A stretch of 63,390 nt of DNA, filler included, from Bigelowiella natans CCMP2755 (lineage: Eukaryota; Protista; Cercozoa): NCBI GenBank assembly GCA_000320545.1. It is 7 parts of 7 records of this genome, joined end to end, with 100 filler letters (N's around TTAATTAATTAA, not from the genome) between each part and the next. Parts side by side here need not be neighbours in the genome. Positions count along the whole stretch, not along the records: positions 37,696 to 45,786 come from ADNK01002684.1; positions 45,887 to 51,569 come from ADNK01003194.1; 5 more parts are not named here. The stretch is one strand, 5' to 3'. Of the stretch, positions 38,915-49,312 are shown piece after piece. The notes under the pieces were generated by a model. It did not search any database. It was not told the origin of the DNA and saw only the letters and a list, made by a program, of their open reading frames with translations. Made by a program: the position numbers and the translations under genes. Every line of letters starts with the position of its first letter. The stretch's first letter is position 1.

Positions 38915-39973
38915 ATGGACATTCGGCAAGTTGCAGCTGAAGCACGCAGCTGGCTAGCTGGTGTGTGGATGTTGATTAATTATCGTGAATTTTTCCTCGG
39001 AATTCTTTTTTCCCGTCTGGTCGAGACTAAGGTGTGCGTCTCCATTAGCCTGTGCATGCTGTGCATCTCCACAAGAGAAATTCGCCTCCTAATTATGATG
39101 TTTACTGGCCTTGACTGGTAAAAAATGTGCGTTCAGTAGAACATACAAAATAAGGATGAAATTTCTTCATTTTCCTCACATTTCTTCTCGTCAAATGCTC
39201 CAAATTCATCACACAAAAGAAGCAAAGAATGTCCATCATGCAGCCATGAATAAAGTTTTCAATGTACAATGTATGTATGAAATGGACACTTGTGTCCATT
39301 GTTGTAAGATTTAAATCATTTAAATCTTGGGTTCGATCAAAAACTGTGCAAAGACTTGATAAGCATGTGGTTAACACACATTTGCGATTGAAATTGAAGC
39401 AAACGTCGTTGAGAACAGGAGCAATAGAATTCGTAGGACGATCGAAAGAACACCTATTGCCTTTGCAATGAGGTTCGATCACGCAGAACGTATCGACATT
39501 TGTATTTTATGCTGCACGTTGATGATCTTCTGGGGGGGTGGGACCTTGATTTTCTCGAGTTATGTGTTATGCGTAGTGCGGCTCGGCCTGACGCAGAGAA
39601 GGCTCAAGTGACTACTTTTCGTGAGAACATCCCATTTCCAGGCCAAAATCAGCATTTTGGAGAGTGCGACATGAAAAAAAGGACAAGCTGTAGAGAAATC
39701 GGCCTTCAAGACTTTTTCAACTTCTTCAAGCAGCGCTTTCTATTTATAGCAAATAAGCTATGGGCTATGGGCATGAAATTATCGGCGAAATTACCTAACA
39801 TCCTAACAAATACTGACCAGCTACTGTCGCGTCGATGTGTTGCAGAATGCCCTGCAACTGATGATGAAAACTTCTCAGACTCATCGCAAGAGCTCTTCCT
39901 GCGCATGTTGTGGCCGCAATTCAGCAAATGTGCAGCTGACAAACAAAAGAGGACAAAAACGCCCGCTAACTGA
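38915..39973 (+). pseudogene. Unidentified degenerate coding relic (possible TE or viral remnant) inside TAY-depleted DNA
   Basis: Broken, microsatellite-free ORFs at 38915-39121, 39262-39471 and 39500-39973. The 157-aa ORF has 1 Tyr and 6 Cys and contains LHVDDLL. No family confidently recognised. Confidence 0.3.
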
Positions 39974-40713
39974 ATCTCGCCGCTGGTCACAAATGTCTGG
40001 CCAGCACAAACCGACTGCCCCGCAAGCAAGTCGATTTGCTTCATCATGCTCTCTCTGATGCTCTGTGGCTCTGCTGTGTTGGCCACTGAGCTTGCCACAT
40101 GATTTTTATCTCATGATGAACATGGACAGGCTTTGTCCAGCGCCAGCCAGGGGACATTGCGAACAAACATTGCTAGATGGATGAAGTCTATCTAGCTGTG
40201 CAAGACCACGAGCCTGCTAGCTGTGCCTGGCCATGCCGGTGTGCCATTCTGTCCGTGCGTGCACCTCGTGTGTGATGAATGCCAACATGTGTGGCTAGAT
40301 CTAAATGAACACCACCGCCGCTACATGCGCAAGTTTTCACAGTCACAGCATTGCTAGATCTAGAAATTGCAGGACACGAAGACACGAACTCTACGAACTG
40401 AACACGCTAGCACGCACTTGCGCGAAACCAACAACACGTGATCTGGATCATGCTAGCTAGCTAGCTAGCGATGCCCTCAACATGAGCATGGAATCGAACT
40501 TGACGAATTGTCACATGTTTACTCGCTTGTAGCATGGAAGCCCTTTCTTTCTTACATGTTTCATGCTAGCATGACCAATTTCTCAACGCATGCGACGTGC
40601 AGTCGAATCACAATCATGCATCTCTCTTGTTTATGTAAGTGATTAGCCGTCCATTCGCAAGAGAGTTGGACGCGTCATCTGAGAGCACCATCTGGCCATG
40701 TTGTGCGACCACC

Positions 40714-41434
40714 TCACGGCAGCTGGATCATGTCGTCGAACGAAGTCCATCGATGCGCAAGAATAGCGCGCCTCGAAGCGTTACCGTCCTGGATTGACGA
40801 GGATCAGTTTTGGTCCGGAATCATCCTCACATTGAGCTTGCAGCCAAACTTCGGCAACGACTTTCGGATCGTGTTGATGTCCTGTGTGGGGGAGCATATA
40901 AGGAAGGTGAGGAATGCACATGGTGAGAAGGTCCATCCTTTGGACGGATGGGTATTAATCAAGAGACCTTATCCCCACGACCGCTGAGGCACACGAGAAT
41001 GTCCTTGCCCTCCCCCATTGTCTTAGCCTCTTCGATTGCTTGGTAAAGTGCATGGGCAGTCTCCAGCGCCGGGATAATTCCTAGATACGTACGTGTGCAT
41101 ATGGTGTGCGTGTGTGCGTGCGTGTGTGGGAAAGACAAGATCTAAAAAATCATACGACATGTTTGCGCTGCATCGGAGAATAATCTATGAATTCATTTAT
41201 CACATGTATGGCTCATCCCCCCCCCTCCTTATTACCCTCGTGCATAGTCGTAGCTTTAAATCCAAGCAGGGCCTGTCGATCATCGACTGGCTTGTATTGT
41301 GCCCTTCCCGTGAATTTCATATCAGCATGCTCGGGTCCAACGCCAGGATAATCAAGGCCAGCAGAGATGCCTTTACGTGAATATGTACATGCATTAGCAG
41401 CATGTACACATGTTTTTTAGTCCGTACGTTTGTG

Positions 41435-41511
<77 letters not shown>

Positions 41512-41671
41512 GATGTGTGGGTTGTGTTGTGTTGATTTCACGTTGCAAGGGCTCCAACACGCCTGCGACACGCAATCGAATATCATCGGCTCGTAGCTTC
41601 ATCACAAAAGAAGTTGGTTTTATTTGCCTCCTTGTTGTTGTTTAGCGGATTGGCTGCGGCTTCTACCACTG

Positions 41672-41705
<34 letters not shown>

Positions 41706-41840
41706 GCACTGTGTGTCCCGGTTATTTGGCCTGTTTGCTCCTGCAGCAGGTAGGTGCGAGTGCCGTGAAGCACGCCTGGGGGAGAGAAAGAGGAAGAAAG
41801 TTATCAACTGAGGAAGAACAGAATACTGGGTACAAGAAAG

Positions 41841-41898
<58 letters not shown>

Positions 41899-42547
41899 GT
41901 TTGGAAATTAAAACTATGCTTTAAGCATTCGATCTCCCTTTTTCTTCTTCATTCATTTCCAAAAGCAACACACCAGGAACTCCCTTGGAAAGGGTGGCAG
42001 AGTGCTGGTTGGTGTCAATCCCATCTCCTACAATTGCCAACAACACGACGAAGGATTTCAACGACAACGCGAATGAAGCAGAGAAAGAGAGAAAGAACAG
42101 GGAAACGGACAATTTACTACGACGAACGCCTACAACATCGGCATTGATTGTGATCAAAAGAGACGCGGATACGCGTGGCAATGACAACAAAAACAACAAC
42201 AACAACAACAACACGACTAGCTGCAAACTGTCTTGATTGGCCCCCTTTGGTGTGAAACAATGATATGGGGATTCGTCACCCATCCAGCTACAGCGAAGTG
42301 AATTGTATATCTTTGCACGAACAAGCTACAAACCTGCTGCCTCAACTCCGATAAGCTGCACGTCCTCGTCGTCCTTGAATGGGTAAAACATGCCGATTGC
42401 GTTGGAGCCTCCCCCCACACATGCAATGACCTGAAGACAACGGACGATGAAAGAGACGAGAGTTAGGTACTACATACGATAACGACGATGATTGAGATGG
42501 GGAAGTGACGGCGACGATGATGGTGGTGATGATGATGATGATAACGA

Positions 42548-42594
<47 letters not shown>

Positions 42595-43018
42595 ATAAAA
42601 TAGTTCTGTCAATATCAAAAGCTTTGTGTTGTAGTAAAATTCATAGAATCGTGACAGGCAGCAGGTGAGGACGCACTGACAGCATCAGGCAGTTTGCCAG
42701 CCTTCTCAAGCATTTGTGCGCGAGACTCTCGTCCAATGATCGACTGGAAATCCCTGATATCATTGCGTTGGACAATACATCGCTTCACTCAAATGCGTAA
42801 ACGGAGGCCATACAAATCCACTCTTTCCACGCAAAGCATTTCACGCACAAAGCTCGGTGAATACACTTCGGCGCCACCCACGCAAACTCCATCTCACATA
42901 TGCTCGCTCCATTCTCTGCCAGGCAAAACGCCGATGATTTTTGTTCCAAAGTCGCACCGCAGAATGACGGACGAAAAGCATCGATGTTTGGTGGCTTCCC
43001 AACCGTGCTTGGTCTGAG

Positions 43019-43057
<39 letters not shown>

Positions 43058-43247
43058 AGCGGATGTGTTTTATTAGTGCGTGTTTGTTGTAATAACAAGC
43101 AAAAAATCGAAATCGTCGTCGGAGCAGCAGCACACGCACACCTCACGATTGTAGGAAAGGGATAAGGTCCAATGGCAGAGCCAACGAGGTAATGCGTTGT
43201 CCGAATATTCGTCACCTGTATGTTTGCACGTACATAACCATCCAGCA

Positions 43248-43287
<40 letters not shown>

Positions 43288-43701
43288 CCACTTGCAGCAG
43301 AACTTCAACTACAACTACAACAACGACTACTACTATTAATACTACTAATACTACTAATACTATACTACAACTACTACCCAATCACGCATTGCTTCATTAA
43401 TAGCGTCCTTCAATGTACGAGATCCAGACTCAACTGCAATGACCTTTGCACCTGCTCATCAGCATGGAAATGCATAACACGATTGTTACTACATCGAGGC
43501 TACCACCTACCACGAATCTAACCGTGGTAGCGAGTGAATGTTCTCAAAGAGGATGACGACGCACAACAGCCATACCGAGCATTTCCATGCGGAATACGTT
43601 CAGTGCTTGCCTTTCCACATCAGCTGCCCCCATATACCTTCATCAAACCAAACATGTTTACAACGTTACTCGTGCTTGATGATAATAAAGATACTGTGCG
43701 T

Positions 43702-43741
<40 letters not shown>

Positions 43742-45026
43742 ACACTTTCACACACCAAACAAACACAAAATCGCATCCCCCCCCCCCCTCATCATGATGG
43801 ATCGAGGTAGGTTGGAAGAAGGGGGGATAGTAATCGTGTACATCCTCATATTATTCACATTACACGATGCACTCCATCTTCAGCTTTGCACATGCTGTAG
43901 CGGTCGCAACCCCATGCTGCGTATTCCAAAACGCAAATATAACCAAACACGCAAAACACAGACACACACAGAACACAAAGCACAAATTACTACTGTTTCA
44001 CGTTCCTGCTATTGTTGATCCGTGCGGCGTGATGTTACACAGTCATGTATCTTTGATAAATCGGCGCAAATAACACTGATGATTCATTCCTCTCATTACC
44101 TGCCCAGCCCCAGTCTCAGCGATTATACGCTTCTTTCCGAGTCTGGTGATGATGGATGCGCGGGAGAATCGAGGAAGGAGGGTAGGAGAGAATAAGTACA
44201 TAAACATATACAAATGCAATGTATACACACGCGCACACACACACATTTCAATATATATATATATATATATACAATATAGATATGTGTGTGTGTTGGTGAG
44301 TGTGTGCGTCTCGCTTGTATTTTCACAAAAGGCGCTTCATCTGCTTTGAGAGAACACTCGATTGTCTTTCTTACGTCTAACCGCAGCACCGCTTAAACGT
44401 GCCGCTTCTTCTTCTTCTTCTTCTTCTTCTTCTTCTTCTTCTACTTCTTACCGTTTCGCAAGGAGCGCTTGGCAAATGGCGTTGTTGATCTTATGTGCAC
44501 CCGTGTGGTTAAGATCTTCCCTTTTCAGCCAAATATTAGCCCCGCCTGCATGATGCAAACCAACATCACGATTCTTGCACCTCATATTCCAAAAACATTA
44601 ATCTGTGCAGTGATGGAGAAATAAATCCCAATCCTTCCTCCTTGCCCCCCCCCCCCCTCCCCCTTCACTCTACCTGCGTGCTCTGTGAGTCTGTCGGCCA
44701 GATGGAGGGGGGTGGGTCGGCCGATGTAGGCGTAGAACTCCTCGCACTCCTTGATGAATCTTCGTTAGTAAATCAACAACAACAACAACGGCAGTAAGTC
44801 GCGAGAACAACAAAAGCGCACGGCTGAACTGTGAGAGAGGAGGAGCGATTGGCAAGAAGGAAGGAAAACACGAATATATATCATGATTAGCTCACGGAAA
44901 TGACACCATGGGCGACTGACAGCGACGGAGTTGATGCAAATAATGAAACACATCCCAAACAATGAGAGCAAAGGCCATCATCATCACATCAATACCAAGA
45001 TTGCTTATTGATATGACATGATACGA

Positions 45027-45077
<51 letters not shown>

Positions 45078-45320
45078 CATTACTTCTCATCGTGCTGCAC
45101 AGCAGCATAGACCCTCTCGAGCTCTTCCAAGGGTTCCATCAGCGTCTCCGGCACATAACGCCCTCCAAACTCCCCAAATCGATGTTTTGCTTCTCCAAGC
45201 GCCGAGATTCCCTCCTCCTCCTCCTCCGCTTTTCGCCCCTCCTTTTCCGCGGGCCTCTTCGAATCAGCAGCGCCAACTGGGGGGGCGGCACGATCTGCTG
45301 CCGAAGTCTTCGCAATTTCC
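40714..45320 (-). CDS. trpB: Tryptophan synthase beta chain (probably the C-terminal part of an alpha-beta fusion), multi-exon, 5' truncated
   Basis: [47 protein letters not shown] (PLP-binding Lys), [115 protein letters not shown]. The exact C-terminal exon is uncertain. Confidence 0.95.
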
Positions 45321-45732
45321 TATGTGTTGGTGGGGGGGGGGGGGATGGGCAGCAGCGTTGAGAGTTAGTCAGCTTTTTGAATTTCATGAGTTGTTTGGGG
45401 GGTATTTCCCAGCGTGGCACCATGAAGAGGGGGGGGGGGGGGGGGGGGGGGGGTTTAAAAAAAAAAAAAAAATTGTTTTGTTGGAAAAAAAAAGGCCAAC
45501 GGGAAATTTTTCCCCCTTTTGCCCCCCTAAAACCCCCCCCGGTAATTCCCCCAAAAAAAAAAAAAAGGGGGGGGGGATTTTCCCCTTTGGAAAATCCCTA
45601 AATCCCTTGGAAAAAACCCCCCAAAAAAACCCCCCCCCCATGGGGGCCCTTTAAAAAGGGGGAAGGAGAGAATACGCCCAGGGTGTGTTTGGTGAAATGT
45701 ATTTATGTTTTTATAGCATTCTGTGATGTAGC

Positions 45733-45773
<41 letters not shown>

Positions 45774-45992
45774 TATCTCCACCTCCNNNNNNNNNNNNNN
45801 NNNNNNNNNNNNNNNNNNNNNNNNNNNNNNTTAATTAATTAANNNNNNNNNNNNNNNNNNNNNNNNNNNNNNNNNNNNNNNNNNNNTAGTAGGTCTAGCT
45901 TAGCATTCAATAAGGGTGGTTGCTGCATACTTTATAGGTTATCGAAGTGGGCATCAAGGCCAAGCCTTGGCCCACACTTAGCGAAGCTGAGG

Positions 45993-48900
45993 CTACAGAG
46001 TTCTCCTTCCGGTAAGCAGTAGTAAAAGCAGCTGCAGTCCTAGCGTAGGTAGGGGAGAACTACGTAGTATCCAAGCTGCAGTCTGCAAGAATGACTTTAA
46101 CTCCTTTGCATTCTTAGGTTTAGGGGCTTGCTGTAGTGCTGCTACTTTCTCGGGGTTTGGGGTGATGCGGCCTTGCTCCAGGTAATATCCACACCACTTG
46201 ATTCTTGTAGCTAGGAATGTACACTTCTGCAGTCTAATAGTAAAACCGAAGTGTGCAAACCTAATAAATATATTTTCCAGGAGGAAGATCTGAGCGACGA
46301 CTGTGTTGGTACATATTATGTCATCATCCACATACACAAACACAAACACCCACAACACAGACGCCATCCCATCATGTGTGTATGCCCTGTAGTTCTGACT
46401 ACTGAACGCATCCCCTGATATGCTTAGGCCGTAAGGGAATACGACGAAGTGCCACTTCCTGTGCCTGCTGGAGAACGCGGTAATGGGGCGGGAGGTTTTG
46501 TGGATGGGTGTCTGCATGTATGATTCATTTTTATCTAGGGAAGAGTAGTATTTGTATCCTATGACGTGTTCAATAACGTCATCTATCCTTGGTGTAGGTG
46601 TCTGGATCCTCTTTATTACTCGGTTGTGGCGGATGAAGTTGTGCGCCAGGCGGAAGAAAGGGTAAGTAGGTTTCTTAGCTAGCACATGTCTCACGTTCCA
46701 TGGTGAGTTGCTTGGCTCTATCTTCCCTTCCTTTGCCCATTCATTGATCTGCCACTCTATCTTTTCCCAGTCCGCTTCCGGTCGCCTATGTTCTGGGTCA
46801 TTGATGATGCACTCTTCGTATCCCTTCTTTAGCTCGATCTTTACTGGGGTAAGCTTGCTGGAGGGCTTCGTCGTCGGCTTGGTGATGTCAGAGTACTTCT
46901 CGTTTAATATTTTATTAATGTACTTTTTGCCTTTGTCGATATCCCAATCATCAGCTGGGGGGGTCTTGTCCAGTAGCTCCGTTATCTGTCGGATGGTCTT
47001 GCCGGGGTTCTTCTTCCGTAGCTCGGTAGGTGTAGGTAGCTTGTTGTCCGCTAGGTCCATAAACTCTAACGCATTAACGCTTGACTCAGAGGTCCACTCG
47101 TCAAGCCGTATCATGTTCTGGCTGATGGTCCTGCCTGACTTCTTTGGCAACTTAGCAAAGTATATCTTGTGATTGTAGAATGATATGATCCCCCCTAATT
47201 TTTCTAGGGCATCCTGTCCGAGGAGTAGTTCCATGGATAAAGTCATGGCTACTCGGGTCTTGATTTGGGTCTCCGCGTCGCTGCCAGGTATCTGTAGCTT
47301 TAGCATTAGCTCACCGACGGTCTTCATGGAAGAGCTTCCGTCTGCTTGAGCATATTTACGTTCTTTCTTAGTCACTTGATCCAATAGTCCTAACCTTCTT
47401 ACTGTGCTTAGGCTTATGAAGGACTTCGGCATGCTGCCACTATCCCAAAGGGCAGGTAGTTTCTTGTAGTCTCCGTAGCTGTCTTTAACTTTAACCTTGG
47501 TCATAGCAACTTTGATAGTCCTGTTAGCGTCTTCGTCATTAATGTTGCATACTCCTAAGTTCTTTATGTCGTCTAGGGTCATGGGCTTGTCTTGGTCCTG
47601 CGTTGCTGGTACTGCTGTCTTCGTCGGCGCCTGCTTAAGGTGATCTAATATTCCGTTTATCTGCTGCTGTATAGCATTGATACTGTTCTGCTTTTTGTTC
47701 TTATATTTATTGTTCTTCCCGTTGTTGCTGCCTTGCCATTTGCTGTTGTTATATCCTTGTCCTCTGCCTTTCTTTCTCTTTAACTTCTCGTAGTGTTCGT
47801 TGAGCTGCCTGATCGTCATCCTGGGTCGTCCTTCTTTCCTGTCTCTGCAGTCTTTAGCGGTGTGTTTCCCTTTACGTGAGCAGTATCCGCAACGTCGGTT
47901 ACCTTCCCTGTCCTTGTACCAGTCTCGCTGCGGCTTAATAGCGTTAATGTTTCCTATGCCAGGTACCTTAGGGCTGGTAAACTTGCGGTCCTGCTCCTGC
48001 TCGCGTAGGGATATAGCCTGCACTGCTGCCTCCATCGTGGTGTAGCCTTTCTCCGTAACGTAAGTGGATTCCTTTATCTTTAACTTGAACTCTTCAAACC
48101 TTGCCTGATCATCACCTGTGTTGTAATTAAAATCATGTAGTTCGTCGATCATATCCTGGAAGCGCGTGGCAAAGTCTCTAACAGGTTCTCTCTCATGCTG
48201 CATCATTGCTCTGTATTTTCTAATAGCCTGGGGTAGGGAGTTAGCATCCTGTTCATTTACAAAAGCCTTCATTATCGCCTCAACGTCTCGTAGCCCACTA
48301 ACTGTAGTGTGTATTTTCTCTAGCTGCCTGATCCGGGTCCTGCCTGTCTCGTAAAGGTCCATGGCTTGCTTTATTATAGCTAGCCATTTGAGCTTGTCGT
48401 TTTCGGTGGGGTTAGGGGTAAAGTCGCAGAGTATACTCCTAGCGTTCTTCCACCACCTCCTTGCCTCACCTCTTTTCCCGTTGTATTTCGTTATCATAAC
48501 CGGTGCTGTTTTAACAGACATGAACTGGGTGTTCCGCTGTACCGGCTGCTGCTGCTTGACGGTGCTCTGGGTCGTCCCCCGCGAGGCGCCCAGACCCCCG
48601 TCGTTCCTAAACAAAGCTGCCCACTCTGGAGGTAAGTCTGCTTCGTAATCCATGATGTCCTGCATGATAGCTGCCCAAACATCATGTGTCTGATACTTGT
48701 ATTCTATCGATACTTTCAGTTTGGCGTAGTTGCTCGCCCTGGGTCGCAAGGCTCGTAATGCCATTACGACCTTCTTGCTTTCGGCGGCCACGTCCTCGTC
48801 GTCCGCCTCGTAGAAGTTCTCCAGTGCCTCTGCTGCTGCATCTGCTTTCTTAATCCCGGGTGCTGGTCCCGGCGGTGCCTGTGGAGGTGTTCCTCCTCCT

Positions 48901-48998
48901 TCCTTAGCGTCCGTATCGCCCTTCCTTTCCTGTTTCTGCTCGTGCCCTTGCACGGCCTGCGAGCCAAAGTCCTGCTGTTCTTCTAGCTGCTGTGACAT
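45993..48998 (-). CDS. Gag-Pol polyprotein (capsid, CCHC knuckle, aspartic protease, reverse transcriptase); reading frame breaks near the contig end
   Basis: Gag QHEREPVRDFATRF; zinc knuckle CGYCSRKGKHTAKDC; protease ALWDSGS and LLLGQDAL; RT IEPSNSPW, PRIDDVI, VYVDDDII, RLQKCTF, KELKSFL. Confidence 0.93.
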   Translation of the reverse strand: MSQQLEEQQDFGSQAVQGHEQKQERKGDTDAKEGGGTPPQAPPGPAPGIKKADAAAEALENFYEADDEDVAAESKKVVMALRALRPRASNYAKLKVSIEYKYQTHDVWAAIMQDIMDYEADLPPEWAALFRNDGGLGASRGTTQSTVKQQQPVQRNTQFMSVKTAPVMITKYNGKRGEARRWWKNARSILCDFTPNPTENDKLKWLAIIKQAMDLYETGRTRIRQLEKIHTTVSGLRDVEAIMKAFVNEQDANSLPQAIRKYRAMMQHEREPVRDFATRFQDMIDELHDFNYNTGDDQARFEEFKLKIKESTYVTEKGYTTMEAAVQAISLREQEQDRKFTSPKVPGIGNINAIKPQRDWYKDREGNRRCGYCSRKGKHTAKDCRDRKEGRPRMTIRQLNEHYEKLKRKKGRGQGYNNSKWQGSNNGKNNKYKNKKQNSINAIQQQINGILDHLKQAPTKTAVPATQDQDKPMTLDDIKNLGVCNINDEDANRTIKVAMTKVKVKDSYGDYKKLPALWDSGSMPKSFISLSTVRRLGLLDQVTKKERKYAQADGSSSMKTVGELMLKLQIPGSDAETQIKTRVAMTLSMELLLGQDALEKLGGIISFYNHKIYFAKLPKKSGRTISQNMIRLDEWTSESSVNALEFMDLADNKLPTPTELRKKNPGKTIRQITELLDKTPPADDWDIDKGKKYINKILNEKYSDITKPTTKPSSKLTPVKIELKKGYEECIINDPEHRRPEADWEKIEWQINEWAKEGKIEPSNSPWNVRHVLAKKPTYPFFRLAHNFIRHNRVIKRIQTPTPRIDDVIEHVIGYKYYSSLDKNESYMQTPIHKTSRPITAFSSRHRKWHFVVFPYGLSISGDAFSSQNYRAYTHDGMASVLWVFVFVYVDDDIICTNTVVAQIFLLENIFIRFAHFGFTIRLQKCTFLATRIKWCGYYLEQGRITPNPEKVAALQQAPKPKNAKELKSFLQTAAWILRSSPLPTLGLQLLLLLLTGRRTL

Positions 48999-49014
48999 TG
49001 TTAGTCAAATCGTT

Positions 49015-49032
49015 TCCCGTGTGTGGAAGCCA
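49015..49032 (-). promoter_or_regulatory. Primer-binding site (18 nt)
   Basis: TGGCTTCCACACACGGGA lies 5 nt downstream of the LTR end. It is complementary to a tRNA 3' end ...UGUGGAA-G-CCA (discriminator G, as in Asn/Asp/Glu-type tRNAs). Confidence 0.8.
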
Positions 49033-49037
49033 AAGGT

Positions 49038-49312
49038 TGTTGCGCGTAAGGTGTTCACAGGCCGAGGCGCTACGTGCACAAGTAGGCAGGGGGGGGGAAA
49101 GGCACGTTTGCTTCCTTTTGAAGAGTTGTGTTTATTTTTATTAAAGATTATATTTTTATTAAATCGTGCACTGCGTAATCATTCGCGAAGCTTTCGCGAA
49201 TGCCGCCGCACGTGGGGCAGCACACTTCCGGTGTGCTGCCATGAGTCCCGCCGGAACCCACGTGCCTATGCTGTATTAATATCTACGTTATCTATATTCT
49301 ATATCCGCGACA
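49038..49312 (-). repeat. 5' LTR (275 bp)
   Basis: Starts TGTCGCG and ends CGCAACA (TG...CA with an imperfect terminal inverted repeat). It contains AATAAA signals and is followed directly by the PBS. The 3' LTR is not in the contig for confirmation. Confidence 0.75.

Larger units (their letters stand above)
45887..49312 (-). mobile_element. Ty3/Gypsy LTR retrotransposon; 3' half lost at the contig gap
   Basis: 5' LTR, PBS and a single gag-protease-RT ORF, in gypsy domain order. Confidence 0.92.

Noticed and set aside
39500-39560. LHVDDLL as a Ty1/copia RT catalytic motif
   Set aside because: Flanking sequence lacks the copia RT context (no MKDLG-like motif at the expected spacing), so it is not called as copia.
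41535-41610. Possible intronic C/D snoRNA in trpB (minus-strand GTGATGA C box)
   Set aside because: No CTGA D box or terminal stem at a suitable distance.
45360-45665. Homopolymer-rich stretch (G, A, C and T runs) giving K/P/G/F-rich ORFs
   Set aside because: It looks like a degraded read after a poly-G run near a contig end, i.e. a sequencing artefact.
45887-46070. Stop and frameshifts ending the gag-pol ORF
   Set aside because: Pol-like peptides continue in shifted frames within ~180 bp of the contig end. This is more likely low-quality sequence than programmed recoding, and cannot be resolved here.
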